The notes: generated by a model not told the origin, from the letters alone. A DNA stretch of 64,000 nt from Eledone cirrhosa (GCA_964016885.1 OZ024740.1:283836001-283900000); one strand, 5' to 3'. Positions 1 to 13,423 are shown, counted from the first letter of the stretch. Numbers and translations are program-made.

Positions 1-52
1 TATATTTATCTATCTATATATATATAGAGAGAGAGAGAGATAAATATATATA

Positions 53-130
<78 letters not shown>
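1..130. repeat. (TA)n/(GA)n microsatellites
   Basis: Directly visible dinucleotide runs. Confidence 0.95.
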
Positions 131-134
<4 letters not shown>

Positions 135-235
135 TAGAAAGGTAACACACGAGTTGATATATATAAAAAAACATAGTAGAAAGAAAACGTTTTTTTCTGT
201 AGAAAATGGTGAAATTTCAAAACATTAATTTATTT

Positions 236-273
236 ATGATACCGGTTTCAGCATTAAATGCATTTTCAATTGC
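236..273 (-). ncRNA. Type I minimal hammerhead motif, U3:A8 variant, weak stem I
   Basis: Minus strand gcaa-TTGAAAA-tGCATttaATGCt-GAAA-CCGG-TA-tcat, located in the Penelope terminal repeat. Confidence 0.5.
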
Positions 274-1016
274 GGATATGCAGAATAATGTTAAGTTGCA
301 TATTTGTACAAATAGTGGAAAATAATGATAATAACAAAGAAAAAGAGAAAAATATATATAGAGAGGGGAAGAAAAGTTAATTTTCACATACGTAGTCCTT
401 CAGAGAAGAAAGTCATTTTGTTAGTCCATCCATCTGGAAGAAGCAGGAGGGAAGAGAAGAAGAGAAGAAAAGAAGAAGAAGGGGGAGGAGGTAGGGGATG
501 TTTTTGTGGATGCAGACTGCTATGTGGGACCCTTTAATTAGTGGATACAAGGTTTAGCTGGGATTGGTTTGAAAGGCTGGGTGACCTTAGTGTTGACTGG
601 GGGTGCTTCTAAAAATATCTATCTTGGTATTTTTTTCTTAGAAGAAATCAACATTGACCTTGTTGTTTTTTTTGCCAGAAAGAAGATTTAGAGTTATTGA
701 AATATTAATTCCATCCCTAGCAGGAATTTTCGATTTAGCGGGATGGAGAAAATGTTGCTACAAAGAGGGGTTCAGAGCCACTGGAATACCCATTCTATCT
801 TCAGCAGAAGCTTCCAGATTCAGGGGAATGTAAAGCATTTAGTTTAGCACCTGAATGTTTCCATTTATCTGATTATCTTCATGGAGGTCCTCCAGGACTT
901 GCTGATGTGTGTGTTACTATGTGGTTGCTTGGTCTGTATTATATAGTTGTCAGAGGTTGCTGGAATCTTGGTGAAGGATACATTGCTAAAGGGTTAATAT
1001 GTCTAGGGTGTTGATT

Positions 1017-2990
1017 TTAAAGTGTGCCAGCTTTGGTCTGGTCCGAAGTGGAAGCATTTAGAAGGGGTTCGTATTTGGCGATAAATTGTGATTCCTTGCT
1101 AATGCGTTGGATGTAGGAAGCGTTTTCTTTGAATTTGTAGATGGGAAAAATTATAAAATTGGGTTGTTCATTGGATGTGGAGGTCGCGATGTGTTCACTT
1201 AGTGCTATCTTTCTGTATTCCCGTATTTTGATTTGGGATCTATGGACGGTCATACTTTGTCAGAGGCTGTGTGGGATCTGTTCTATGTAGTGCTACCGAC
1301 AACCTGAGCAGGTCAACACATAGATCAGGTTTTCTGATGCGCATGTGAAATTGTATTTAACTGTAAAGTGTTGTCCTTGTTTGAAGTGGAATTCCGATCC
1401 CTCTATTAGATTGATACATATACCACAGTTGGGTCTTCCGCATTTTTTTATTGTAGGGTTCATTGTGGGGGTCGGCTGGACTTTGGCCTGTGTAAGGATG
1501 TTTTTTATTGATTTCGGCTGTCTTTTGCTCTTTATGATAGTGTGTGTTTGGAGGATTAGGTTCATTCTTAGGTCTCTTTTTAGTAAAGGTATGTTCTGGA
1601 GGATGGTGTCGAATGTCTCATTGCTAAGGGGGTTGTGTGTGGAGATGTATGGTAGAGTTTTCAGTTTTTATTCATTCCTTGGTTTGGGGTGTCTAAGTTC
1701 CTGGATGTTGAGTTTTAGGGCACGTTGGAATCCATTGTTGATTAGGGATGGTGGCTAATTCCTGCTAATAATTCTTTAATTCTTCTAGTCGTATGTAGCA
1801 TGTGTATTTATCAGATACTATTGTGCAGATCCTTTTGGCTAGGTTATAGGGAATTCTCATTATGGTGTGTCTAGAATGGCATGAGTTGAATGGAAGATAA
1901 TGTTTGGAGTTTGTGGGTTTATAGTATATGTCTGTTTCTATTTTGTTGTTGATTTTCTTAATGAGGATGTCGAGGAAAGGAAGTTGTTCGTGGCTGTATT
2001 CCATTGTAAATTGAATGTTTGTGTTGAGTCCATTTAGAAGTGTTTTAAATTCAAAAAGTCTTTATATGCTTTCATGCCAGAGGATGAAGCAATCATCCAA
2101 GTATCTCTTCCAGTTTTTTTCTATGTGGAGGTAATTTAGTACTTTTCGGTAGAGAGTGATTTCCAAGTATCCCATAACGAGGTTGGCGTAAGAGGGGGCC
2201 GTTTTCGTGCCCATGGCAGTCCCGGATTTCTGTCAGTAGAATTTGGCATCGAATTCGAAGTAGTTATTCTCAAAGATAAATTTGAGCCCTTCTATTACGA
2301 ATTTTTTTATGATGCGGTGTGGTAGTTCATTGGGGTAATTATCTAACCAGAATTGGATTGCCTCTATTCCTAGGTTGTATGGGATATTGGAATAAAGGTT
2401 GAATACATCAAAAAACATTAGTAGGGTATGTTCATTATTAAGTGCTTTAGGGAGGTGGTTGATCATATCGAGGTCGTCAGTTATGTAACTTTTAATGTGT
2501 TTTAGGAATGGTTTTAACAAGATATCTAGGAAGTTGCTGAGGCAGTGGGTTTCACAAGCGGGACCTGCTATTATAGGTCTTAATTTGAGGTCGTTGAGTG
2601 AGGGGACATTGATAAATATGTCTGTAGCTTCCTTGCATGCCTTACTTATTATTTCGCTTTTGTGTATCTTAGGGATACCGTAGAAAAGGCTGGGTTTGCT
2701 TTTGAAGTCAGTGATATAATTGTATTCCTTGTCGGTAATTCCTTCTCTGTAAAGGGTTGTTAGAGTTTTTAGGTTTCTCATTATTTTCTGTTGGCTATAG
2801 TGTTGAGCCTTTTCATAGTATGTTTCGTCTTCTAAAGATGAGAGTAGTAGGGTTATATAATATTTTGTCTCTGTAAGGACTCACTTTATCCGCCTCTTTG
2901 ATTGTTATAGTTTTATCTTTCTTTAATCTGTGCAGTTAATCCCATTCTATCTTGTTGAGGTTTGGCTTGTGTTTATGTCTGTGTAGGTGT
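1017..2990 (-). pseudogene. Penelope RT-GIY-YIG ORF, disrupted
   Basis: Motifs FYGIPKIHK, LRPII, FDVFNLYSNIP, LPFLDILI, YYKPT, CGRPNCGIC, NLIYVLTC and FIAKYEPLLN are split over several frames. Confidence 0.85.
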
Positions 2991-3651
2991 TAATATGGGT
3001 CTGCATCCACAAAACCATCCCCTCCCTGCTAAGGATGGAATTAATATTTGAATAACTCTAAATCTTCTTTGTGGTAAAAAAAACAAGGTCAATGTTGATT
3101 TCTTCTAAGAAAGAAATACCAAGATAGATATTTTTAGAAGCACCCCCGGTCAACTCTAAGGTCACCCAGCCTTTCAAACCAATCCCAGCTAAACCTTGTA
3201 TCCACTATTCAAAGGATCCCACATAGCAGTCTGCATCCACAAAAACATCCCCTACCTCCTCCCCCTTCTTCTTCTTTTCTTCTCTTCTTCTCTCCCCTCC
3301 TGCTTCTTCCCTCTCCAGTCACAACAAAGCCATTAGCAGAGATGGATGTACTAACAAAATGACTTTCTTCTCTGAAGGACTACGTATGTGAAAATTAACT
3401 TTTCTTCCCCTCTCTATATATTTGTTTCTCTTTTTCTTTGTTATTATCATTATTTTCCTCTATTTATACAAATATCATCCCCGTAAGGATGAAAGGCAAG
3501 GTTAACTTTGCCTTTCATCCTTACGGGGTCGATAAAATAAAGTACCAGTAATACACTGGGTAATTGCTGGCCGTGTGCCAAAAGTAGAAACAATTATCAT
3601 TATTTTCCATTATTTGCACAAATATGCAGCTTAACAATATTCTGCATATCC

Positions 3652-3689
3652 GCAATTGAAAATGTATTTGATGCTGAAACCGGTATTGT
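3652..3689 (+). ncRNA. Type I minimal hammerhead motif, U3:A8 variant
   Basis: gcaa-TTGAAAA-tgtatttgatgct-GAAA-CCGG-TA-ttgt. Palindromic ACCGGT stem III, with AATAAA just downstream. Confidence 0.6.
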
Positions 3690-3889
3690 AAATAAATTAA
3701 TGTTTTGAAATTTCCCAAAAAATATCTCAATATTTTCTACAGAAAAACTCTTTTTTTCTTTCTACTATATATCAATGGAAGGCCGCAAGGACTGTCCATT
3801 TATTGTTGAGACTCGAAAAGGTAACCATAGTGAGTACAGTGAATTTTTTAAAATTTATTTTGAAACTTTTTCTTATTTGCTAAACTTTG

Positions 3890-3938
<49 letters not shown>

Positions 3939-4028
3939 ATAATAATAAATTTGAAGACTAAAATCCAAAGAGGGCTCGATAAGGATAAATATATATCAAA
4001 TATATAAGAACTTTAATCTGTTATTTTA

Positions 4029-4076
<48 letters not shown>

Positions 4077-4143
4077 CAAAACAAACGGCAAAAATATATG
4101 GAAGGGATATATTAGTTTAACGCTTGAAATAGCAGGAAGAGTG

Positions 4144-4179
4144 TCTTAAGCTTTCGGACACTAGTATTTCTTCAGAAGA
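4144..4179 (-). ncRNA. Degenerate type I hammerhead motif
   Basis: Minus strand tctt-CTGAAGA-aatactagtgtcc-GAAA-GC-TT-aaga. Stem I is 4 bp, stem III is the palindrome AAGCTT, and the base of stem II is mispaired. Confidence 0.5.
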
Positions 4180-4259
4180 AAGAATGAGAAATTTGAAAGG
4201 GGACCGGCAGGGCGGAATCAGGAACATTTTTTTTAGAGAAATAACCGGTCCATTTATGT

Positions 4260-4351
<92 letters not shown>

Positions 4352-4512
4352 AGTCGTTTGGAAGCCTCGACAATGCAAATGGTGTACGTTGAGATGCGTG
4401 GTGTGTATAAGATGTTGTTACCCGGAGATTTACCCATTTGCATTGTCGAGGCTTCCAAACGACTTAAAGATATTTACTTATTGTTCCACAATGCTTCAAG
4501 CAAACTTCAATA

Positions 4513-4551
<39 letters not shown>

Positions 4552-4837
4552 CGAGTAGCAAAGATGAAAAAGTTAATGCATTTTATTCTTATGTTATTCT
4601 TCTCACACACGTTTCTACACGGATGAGCGGAAAGGGGGAGAAATATAAATGGTAAAAAACCTTGCTCACACTCAATTTTTAAAATATAATATATATCTAT
4701 ATATTATAAACTGAGCATTGGTTCGAGAAATTTAGTATTAAACATTAATCCATTTATTCTTGTTTCATCAGAGAGTTTATAAAAAATATGCAAATAAACA
4801 ATGTCATTTAAAACACATTGCTAATCACAACAATTAC

Positions 4838-5471
4838 ATGATATCTAAAAAATAACTGTTTCTACTTTAGGCACAAGGCCAGCAATTACCCAGTGCATTA
4901 CTGGTACTTTATTTTATCGACCCCGTAAGGATGAAAGGCAAAGTCAACCTCGGCGGGATTTGAACTCAGATCGTAAAGGGACGTAACTATGCTGCAAAGC
5001 ATGGCGTCCGACCCTCTACCGATACTGCCAATCCACCGCCCAATGATATCTAAAAAATAACTGTTTCTACTTTAGGCACAAGGCCAGCAATTACCCAGTG
5101 CATTACTGGTACTTTATTTTATCGACCCCGTAAGGATGAAAGGCAAAGTCAACCTCGGCGGGATTTGAACTCAGATTGTAAAGGGACGTAACTATGCTGC
5201 AAAGCATGGCGTCCGACCCTCTACCGATACTGCCAATCCACCGCCCAATGATATCTAAAAAATAACTGTTTCTACTTTAGGCACAAGGCCAGCAATTACC
5301 CAGTGCATTACTGGTACTTTATTTTATCGACCCCGTAAGGATGAAAGGCAAAGTCAACCTCGGCGGGATTTGAACTCAGATCGTAAAGGGACGTAACTAT
5401 GCTGCAAAGCATGGCGTCCGACTCTCTACCTATACTGCCAATCCACCGCCCAATGATATCTAAAAAATAAC
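4838..5471 (-). mobile_element. Three tandem tRNA-derived SINE copies (205-bp period)
   Basis: A-box TGGCAGTATCGG, B-box GTTCAAATC, and a Nin/Deu-like core GCCTTTCATCCTTACGGGGTCGATAAAATAAAGTACCAG. The 19-bp flank atgatatctaaaaaataac occurs four times. Confidence 0.9.
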
Positions 5472-5586
5472 GTACGTTAGTAATAGCCGTTTAAACATTT
5501 CTAAGAATTAAACGACAACGTCATTATATTTTCCGTGATAGGGAAAGATTGAGAAAGTGTGGTGTAACGTAGTTGATATCATATTA

Positions 5587-5806
5587 GAGTGGATTGGCAG
5601 TATCGGTAGAGCGTCGAACAATATTATTTGCGGCATATAGTTACGATTCTTTAAGTTCTGGATTCAAAATCCCACAAAGGTTAGCGTTGCTTTTCATCCT
5701 TTCGTGGTCGATAAAATAAAGCACCAGTAATGAACTGGGGTTGATTTAATCCACTTTTCCCTTCCCCCTTCAAATTGCTGGCCTTGTGCCAAATGTAGAA
5801 ATAATT
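5587..5806 (+). mobile_element. tRNA-derived SINE (longer, older subfamily)
   Basis: Same head and core as the other SINE copies, flanked by the direct repeat atattagagt. Confidence 0.8.
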
Positions 5807-6458
5807 ATATTAGAGTAAAAACGTTTATAATATGAACGGGTTTAAATATTTGCTTTAAATATTTTCCTACTGACTTGTTCCAAAGAACTATTTAAAACCG
5901 TGGAAGATGTGGGTCCACTGTACTAGTATATATTAAGAATATATTGCCATATATAAGATAGAAAATAAAAACTTCTCTGTAGGAGAAAGAGCAAGCAAAT
6001 GATATTAAAGAGAGAAGGACAGACAGAAGGAATGCAAAAGAGAGGAGGAGAGAGATGGGTATAGAAAGAGAGAGAAATAGAAAAAAAAGGAGGCATATAT
6101 ATAAAAAATAAAAGCTTTTGAATGTGGATTCGTTTTAAATAGCTTCGATTTCTCTGCATGATTTTAAAACTTAGTTTGATAGCCTGAGAACTTACAAGTT
6201 ACATTTTGAAACCCAGTCATGCTTGAAATAGTGTATATAATGTAATATAAATTTAATTGCTAAAGTCTTAACACTTCACCGACTTAGATAAATATAATAA
6301 TTTTATGTTGGAAATTGCTTCTTTCAAATTTGAAATGACACCGCCTAGGACGAATTGGAGCTTTATATCTTCTCACAAATAAACACGAAAAGACATACAT
6401 TCAAATACACACCTACACACATGTACACATATACGTGTCTCCCCCTCTCACTCTCTCA

Positions 6459-6527
<69 letters not shown>

Positions 6528-6559
6528 TATATATAGAGATAGATAGATAGCTAGCTAGT

Positions 6560-6598
<39 letters not shown>

Positions 6599-6828
6599 CT
6601 TTCTATTTATTTGCCACCAGGGCATCAAAGATTGGGACAAATACAAGAGGGGGAGTTTACATACAATAAAAAGGGACGTGTAAAAATATATAACAAAGCA
6701 AATTCAACAATCGAAGTCCTCAATAGGGAGGCGGCGTTGACATGGGTCTCACACACCCCCGAAAAAAATGTGCAACCCTCCTCCTCGGGAGCACAAAGAG
6801 CGGGTGCTCCCTTCCTCTCCTCTTTCAC

Positions 6829-9800
6829 CTACAGGCTGATATAGAGAGAAGGCCCATTCACTCGGGCCATTCTCGCCACTTTCACCCACCTTTCATAAAA
6901 CTTGCTGGAGTAGAGCACCTCTCTCTCCATTCTGATCCTTCTTCTAAAATGGTACTTGAATAAAAGGACCAGTAGTTGGCCGGAGAGAAAAGTGTCTGAC
7001 CTCAGCCCTTTCAACCTCGTCCACCATACAATCTCTTTCGCCATAGCTATCACACAAAGGAAAACCGCCTCTCCTTCGTTTTTGAAGGGGGGAGGCGGTT
7101 TGATCGTGACAATGTACTCGGTGGTCAACCGGATTGGTCCCACCCGCGACAGTAGTCGTTCCACATAGCCCCACAGGTCATCAACGCCCGGGCAGTGTAC
7201 GAATGCGTGCGCGACGGTTTCCTCGTCACGCACGCATCTCGGACAGATCTTCTTCGAGGGGTCCCTACCCGGGCGCCCGTGTCTGTAGAGCTTGTCCCGA
7301 ACAGGTAGAGCTCCTCGGTAGCACTGCCAAGCCAGGGACTTTTGGAAGTTGTCCATTGGTCCCGGGCCAAACGTCCTTCCGAACAGACTGGCTAGTTCGT
7401 CTTCCTCCATGCCCAGAGCCTCTCCGAGAGCGTCGTCGCACTTGCTGCGCACCAACCCTCTATAGAATGTTGAGGTTGAGTCTCCACTGATTGCCGGATC
7501 CGCTTGACAGAGGGCCGTCAGCGCCTGGGCACATTCAATATGCCAGCCGCCGACTTTTCTCGGTCTTTGCTTGACCCAGGATTGCAGCTCGGTGAGTGAG
7601 ACGAGTCTCAGAAAGGCTCGCCTCACAAAAGGGGCCCACACTGGCTGACCGGTGAGGAATACCTGGAGGTGCTGTAGCCTTAATGCGTGTCTACGCATCG
7701 TCAGCCCCGGCATCCCCAGCACTCCGTTCGAAGGCTGTTGACAGCAGATGGTACTTCTCACGAAAGGAGCCAACTTCTTCCAAAGGAATAGGAAGAGTGC
7801 GCGCTCCATTTTAGCGAGCGTTTTCGCTGGGCAAGGCACGGCGGTCAAGCGGTAGTAGATGACGGACGCTATATAAGTGTTCGCCACCTCCACTCGACCT
7901 TTCAGGAATAGTTTGCACTCGGCCCACTTCTAGGCGAGTGCAAACACCCTGCCCGTTACCTCATCCCAGTTTTTCTCCACCTGGAGGTCCGGTCCGAACC
8001 AGACCCCAAGCAGCTTCACCGGTCCCTCCGTCCAGCGTCCGACGACGCCGTCGGAGGGCATCGATTTGCCTCTCCACGTTCCGAGTTGCAAACCGACGGA
8101 CTTGTCCCGGTTCAGCTTGGTTCCTGTAAACCTTTCGTATTCCTCCAGTAAGGTGCTGATCAGCCCGATTTCCGAGGCGCACGACACCATTACTGTCACG
8201 TCATCGGCGAAGGCCGACACCGCTTTCCGCAATCCCGGTTCCAATGGGATTCCCTGCAACAGCTCCAACTTCCGCAGTAGTGGCTCAAGAGCCAGCACAG
8301 ACAGAAGGGAGGAGAGAGGGCATCCCTGTCGGATGGGTCGCGCGATTTGGAACGACTCCGAGAGGTAGCCGTTCACCTTGACCCTCGAGCATGTGTTGCT
8401 GCTGTGCATTGCAGCAATCCAGCCCCTGAAAACGGGCCCGAAGCCTGCCGCCGCGAGCACCACATCCAGGTACCGATGGTCGACCCTATCGAACGCCTTA
8501 GATTGATCCAAGTTGATCAGGGCCCCACCAAAGCCAGGTTCGTTGCCTACCCTCTCTACGATGTATCGCATGAGGTGGAGGTTGTCGTGTATGGACTTGG
8601 ACGGGATTGCGCATGTCTGCGCTTCTCCCACCAGGTTCCCGACGATAAGCGCCAACCTCTTCGCTAACACCTTGGCCAAAATCTTTAACTCTGTGTTTAG
8701 CAGAGTTATGGGCCTGAAGTTATCTATGTCATCCCCCTTGTTCTCGTCCTTCCTCACCAGCGTGACTACGCCTTTGGTCACAGAACTGGGAATTCTCCCG
8801 TTAGAGGAGATCGGAGAACAAGTCCGGCATCGCTACATAAAGTTCGTATGGTAGACCATCGAGACCAGGAGATTTGCGTTTGCCGCATTGGCTCAGCACT
8901 TCCCCTATTTCAGCGGCTGAAATCGGCCTTTCACAGGACTTCGCCTCTCCGTCCGAGAGTCGCGGCAGACCGTCGAGGTATGGACCGAAATCCATGGCCT
9001 CACCCGGCCCGCCGCCCCTCCCGAACAGTCGTGCAAAGCGCCGTTGAAAGGCCGCGCACATCCGCTCAGGTTCAAGGATCACGCGTCCATCCTGGTCCTT
9101 CAAAGACCGAATCGTGGACTTGTTTTCACTTTTTGCCTCTGTCACTCGGGCCCAGCTAACAGCTTTGGCTCCCTCGTTACCCAGAGCACGTATTTTACAC
9201 CTGACAATGCAGCCCTCGTGCTTCGCGTCAAAGAACTGATCTAGGGCCGTTCTTGACGCCAGCACGCCGGCCACGTTGCCACTCCTAATCGACTCTTCTA
9301 CTCTATCTATCAATTCCCTTTCATTTCTATTCCTATCTGATGCTAATTCCTGACTAAAACCTATCGATTCTATTCTAATTTCTCTCTTGAGAGAGCCCCA
9401 CCACCTGCTGTTGACAATTGCCCCCGTCAACCGCTGCTTAACTAGAGGGCTAATCCGCTTACTGTAAGCTTTTTTTGTCGGTAAGGACAAGTTTAGCTTC
9501 CAGTAACCGGGTCCTTGTCTATGGGTTCTATCAAGGTTGACCAGTCCGGTCACCAACTTGTGATCCGAATAGTCAACCATGAACATTCGTGGACAGCTTA
9601 ATATGTCCCTATCCTTATTTCTAACTAGGAACTTATCTAGGTACGACATAGATGTTCCGCTGATATTAGTCCACATCCACAGTGGCACAGTCGGAAAATC
9701 TAGTCGATATATATCGGCCAGATCAAATCGGCCGATTAACCGTTTGAGGCTGTTACAACCCCCTCTATCGGGACATGCCCTACATAGTCCCAACGTGCTT

Positions 9801-9990
9801 CCAGGATACCATTTCAGTCCTCCACTAAAAGCAAGGAGCGAGACGTTCCCAGAAAAGTCTCTAGGCGCTGGAAGAAGTCCGGTCGCGGTGTCCCAGATGG
9901 GGCATACGCTGCCACCAGCCTGAAGGCTCCACTTTCATTACTGCCGACGTCTAGAACCACCAGTCGACCTTCCGGGTCCAGGTGTACCTT
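6829..9990 (-). pseudogene. Tx1 ORF2 (APE endonuclease, reverse transcriptase, C-terminal CCHC), frameshifted and deleted
   Basis: Motifs SYLDKF, YSDH, PGYWKLN, KSPGLDGLPYE, FRPITLLN, LDQSKAFDRVDH, RQGCPLS, FADDV and CPRC...ETVAHAFVHC. Confidence 0.9.
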
Positions 9991-9999
9991 CCGTGTTGC

Positions 10000-11539
10000 G
10001 AGGCCCAGGTGTTTCCGCAGCAGAACGACCCCCCATTCTGTTTGAGCATTGCGTAGGTGTCCCTTGGGACCCTAATCATTTTTAAATGCCGTTTAGTCGC
10101 CGCGTTGGTGAACATTTTCCCTTCCGTTTCCACCGAAGGGTCTTTGTCTATTGTTTGCACAAGTGTTTTGTTGTTTGTGTTGATGTATCTATATTGTTTT
10201 TGTTGTGTTGTGTTTGTTTTTGTTTGTTGTTATGGTGTGTGTTTGCGTTTTGTAGTATGTGTTATGTTTTCGGGAGGGGTGGGGTTTTTTTGTTTGTGAT
10301 GTTTGTTCTGTTTGTGCTGGTGGTTGTGTGTTTGTTGCATTTTTGTTGTGGTGCCTTCTTTTCTTTCTTTTTACCGGTTGAAAGGGTTCTCCCTCTCGTC
10401 ACTGGGTGACGTTGATAAGGGGTCCTCGTCCGTGTTGTTGGGGAGGGGTATAAATTGGGGTTTTGTTGTGGTTGCTTTTGTATTTGTTTTAGGTGGGGAG
10501 GGGTTGGGTGGAACAGTGTCTTGTGTTGTTATTTGTTCGTGTTGTGGTGGTGGTGGTGGTGGTGGTGGTGGTGGTGGTGGTGGTGGTGGTGGTGGTTGTG
10601 TTGTTGTGTGTGGGGTGGGCAGAAGCGTCTTGGGGGGGCTTTGAAAAGGAGACAGGAAGCCTTCAGGTGACCACTTCTTGAACAGTGGTAGCATGAAGGC
10701 CGCCTGCCCTCAACAGAAATGTTTATGAAGGCGACTCCATCCAGGAACACACGCTGCGGCATTCTTGCTATCCGTTCTGGTCTCATTTGGACCAGAACTT
10801 CAAGGCTATTGCCGCCGAATACGCCCCCGGTGGATTCCCCTATCGAAAGGATTGTGTCCTCATCTTCTAAGAATCCCGTTAGCACCCACCAAATGCTCGC
10901 ATTTGGCCTGATGCCCGAGATTCTTATCTTTTGAGTTCTTTTCCCCAAATATGTGGGGGAAAAGGTGTATGCTTTGGATACAATTGGCGACACAGAATAT
11001 TTCCGTGCCGCCAATTCATCTTGCATTAAAACAGATATGCTTCCATACAGTTTCCCTTTCTGTATGAAAGCGATATCCTTCCAGGCACTACTTAGGACCA
11101 ACTCAATTTCGCTTTGGGACAATTGAGCCGGTTTCCTAGTCGTGTTCGAAACTGTCCTAAATATTACAGTCCTGAGGACTGGGTCCCTTCTAATTTCTTC
11201 GGGGGAGGTAATTGTGAATTCCCCACCTTCCCCGAAACTTACACAATTCCTTGCTTCTGTCAGCAATTTCTTGGCATTCGAGATGTCCAGTGCCTTGTAT
11301 GTCTGCGTTTCTCGAACCGCCTGTGCGAAGGAGACTGCAGCTGTGGGTCCGTTTTCTTTCGTGTTGTTATCATTGTTGTTTTTGTTATTCGTGTTGGCTT
11401 GCTTTTTTCCTTTCTTGGTGTTGTCATTATTGCTGTTGTTGGTTGTGTTGTTATTGTCATTGTTGCTGTTGTTGGTTGTGTTCTTATTGTCATTGTTGTT
11501 CTTGTTTGTGTAATTGTTACTTTTGGGGTTTTCACCCAT
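10000..11539 (-). pseudogene. Tx1 ORF1 (gag-like, one zinc knuckle), frameshifted
   Basis: Asn-rich N-terminus, CYHCSRSGHLKASC knuckle and Pro/Thr-rich tail. Homologous to ORF1 at 20113-22030. Confidence 0.8.
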
Positions 11540-11877
11540 TTCTACAAGTTTTTCTTTTGATTCCGTGGTGCTTTTGCGGGAGTGAGGAGGGCAGGCTTAC
11601 AGCGTTGTGCTTCTACCTTCTCTCTATCACTTTCCTTGGGGGGGATGGGCATGCGTCGTGTTAATGGCGTCCATTGTCACTAAACGACTTTTTATCGATA
11701 ACTTATAACTATCAAATTTCGCCCAAAAAGGGGCGAAATTTATTTTACCCAACGTTTGCAGGCCCAGGCGAGGGGTTAAACGCAACAAATAACAAATAGC
11801 TTAAACAAACCTACCGCTTCTTGTAATAAATTCCGACAAAATGCAGGAGCGAAACAAAAATACGTCTATCTTCTCCG

Positions 11878-11950
<73 letters not shown>
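11878..11950. repeat. (GATA)n microsatellite, tail or target of Tx1 copies
   Basis: Directly visible. Confidence 0.95.
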
Positions 11951-11951
<1 letters not shown>

Positions 11952-12187
11952 ATTTCTATTTATTTGCCACGAGGGCACAAAAGAAGGGGACATTTACACA
12001 GTGGGGGAGTTTACATAAATCGAGTAAAGAAAAAAGGAATAACAATAATAATATAACAATAAAAAGTCCTCAAAAGGGAGGGGGCGTGTTGGGGATTGCA
12101 CATACCCCCGAAAAGTGTGCAACTCTTTTCGCGGGGGAAGCCCAGAGAGGAGGCGCTCCCCCTTTCCTCTTCACTTCTTCACCTACA
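11951..12187 (-). mobile_element. Tx1 3' UTR-only fragment
   Basis: Similar to 6600-6835, with GGCAAATAAATAGAAA followed by (ATCT)n. Confidence 0.8.
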
Positions 12188-12194
12188 GAACAAT

Positions 12195-12787
12195 GTTCTT
12201 TATTAGCCACAGGGGCACAAAAGAAGGGGACAAATACAAAGGGGGAAGTTTACATACAATAAAAACGTGTAAAATGTTATCACAGATGGAATTTAAAAGT
12301 TAGTCGATTTTCCCCAATAGAGGGAGACAGTTTATATGGGTAACACAGACCCCCGAAAAAAATGTGCAACCCTCATCTCCAGGAGTACGAAGAGCTTGTA
12401 CTCCTTTCCTCCTCCTTTTCCTCAACCTACAGGCTGATATAGAGAGAAGGCCCATTCACTCGGGCCATTCTCGCCACTTTCACCCACCTTTCATAAAACT
12501 TGCTGGGGTACAGCACCTCTCTCTCCATCCTGATTCTTCTTCCAAAGTGGTATTTGAAAAAAAGAATCAGTTGTTGGCCGGAGAGAAAGGTGTCTGACCT
12601 CAGCCCTTTCAACCTTGTCCACCATACAACCTCTTTCGCCATAGCTATCACACAAAGGAAAACCGCCTCTCCTTCGTTTTTGAAGGAGGGTGGCGGTTTG
12701 ATCATGACAATGGACTCGGTGGTCAACTGGATTGGTCCCACCCGCGCTTCTCCCACCAGGTTCTCGACGACAAGCGCCAGAATCTTT

Positions 12788-12823
<36 letters not shown>

Positions 12824-13423
12824 TATTTCTTTATTAGCCACAGGGGCACAAAAGAAGGGGACAAATACAAAGGGGGAAGTTTACATACAATAAAAACGTG
12901 TAAAATGTTATCACAGATGGAATTTAAAAGTTAGTCGATTTTCCCCAATAGAGGGAGACAGTTTATATGGGTAACACAGACCCCCGAAAAAAATGTGCAA
13001 CCCTCATCTCCAGGAGTACGAAGAGCTTGTACTCCTTTCCTCTCCTCCTCCTTTTCCTCAACCTACAGGCTGATATAGAGAGAAGGCCCATTCACTCGGG
13101 CCATTCTCGCCACTTTCACCCACCTTTCATAAAACTTGCTGGGGTACAGCACCTCTCTCTCCATCCTGATTCTTCTTCCAAAGTGGTATTTGAAAAAAAG
13201 AATCAGTTGTTGGCCGGAGAGAAAGGTGTCTGACCTCAGCCCTTTCAACCTTGTCCACCATACAACCTCTTTCGCCATAGCTATCACACAAAGGAAAACC
13301 GCCTCTCCTTCGTTTTTGAAGGAGGGTGGCGGTTTGATCATGACAATGGACTCGGTGGTCAACTGGATTGGTCCCACCCGCGCTTCTCCCACCAGGTTCT
13401 CGACGACAAGCGCCAGAATCTTT

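Larger units (their letters stand above)
170..3770 (-). mobile_element. Penelope-like element, 5'-truncated, with inverted terminal (pLTR) repeat
   Basis: Minus-strand RT and GIY-YIG fragments. About 170-725 recurs as an inverted copy at about 3025-3770, which is interrupted by a SINE fragment at about 3475-3600. Confidence 0.85.
6539..11876 (-). mobile_element. Tx1-clade (L1 group) non-LTR retrotransposon, family A, near full length
   Basis: ORF1 with a CCHC knuckle, ORF2 with APE, RT and zf-RVT, and a 3' UTR with AATAAA running into (ATCT)n. The 5' end also abuts (ATCT)n. Confidence 0.9.

Noticed and set aside
4960-5040. tRNA gene candidates (A and B boxes), here and in other copies
   Set aside because: No convincing cloverleaf, and each is attached to a SINE core and tail.
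10529-10600. Poly-His C-terminus of the 336-aa ORF
   Set aside because: It is a (CCA)n microsatellite read after a frameshift in Tx1 ORF1.
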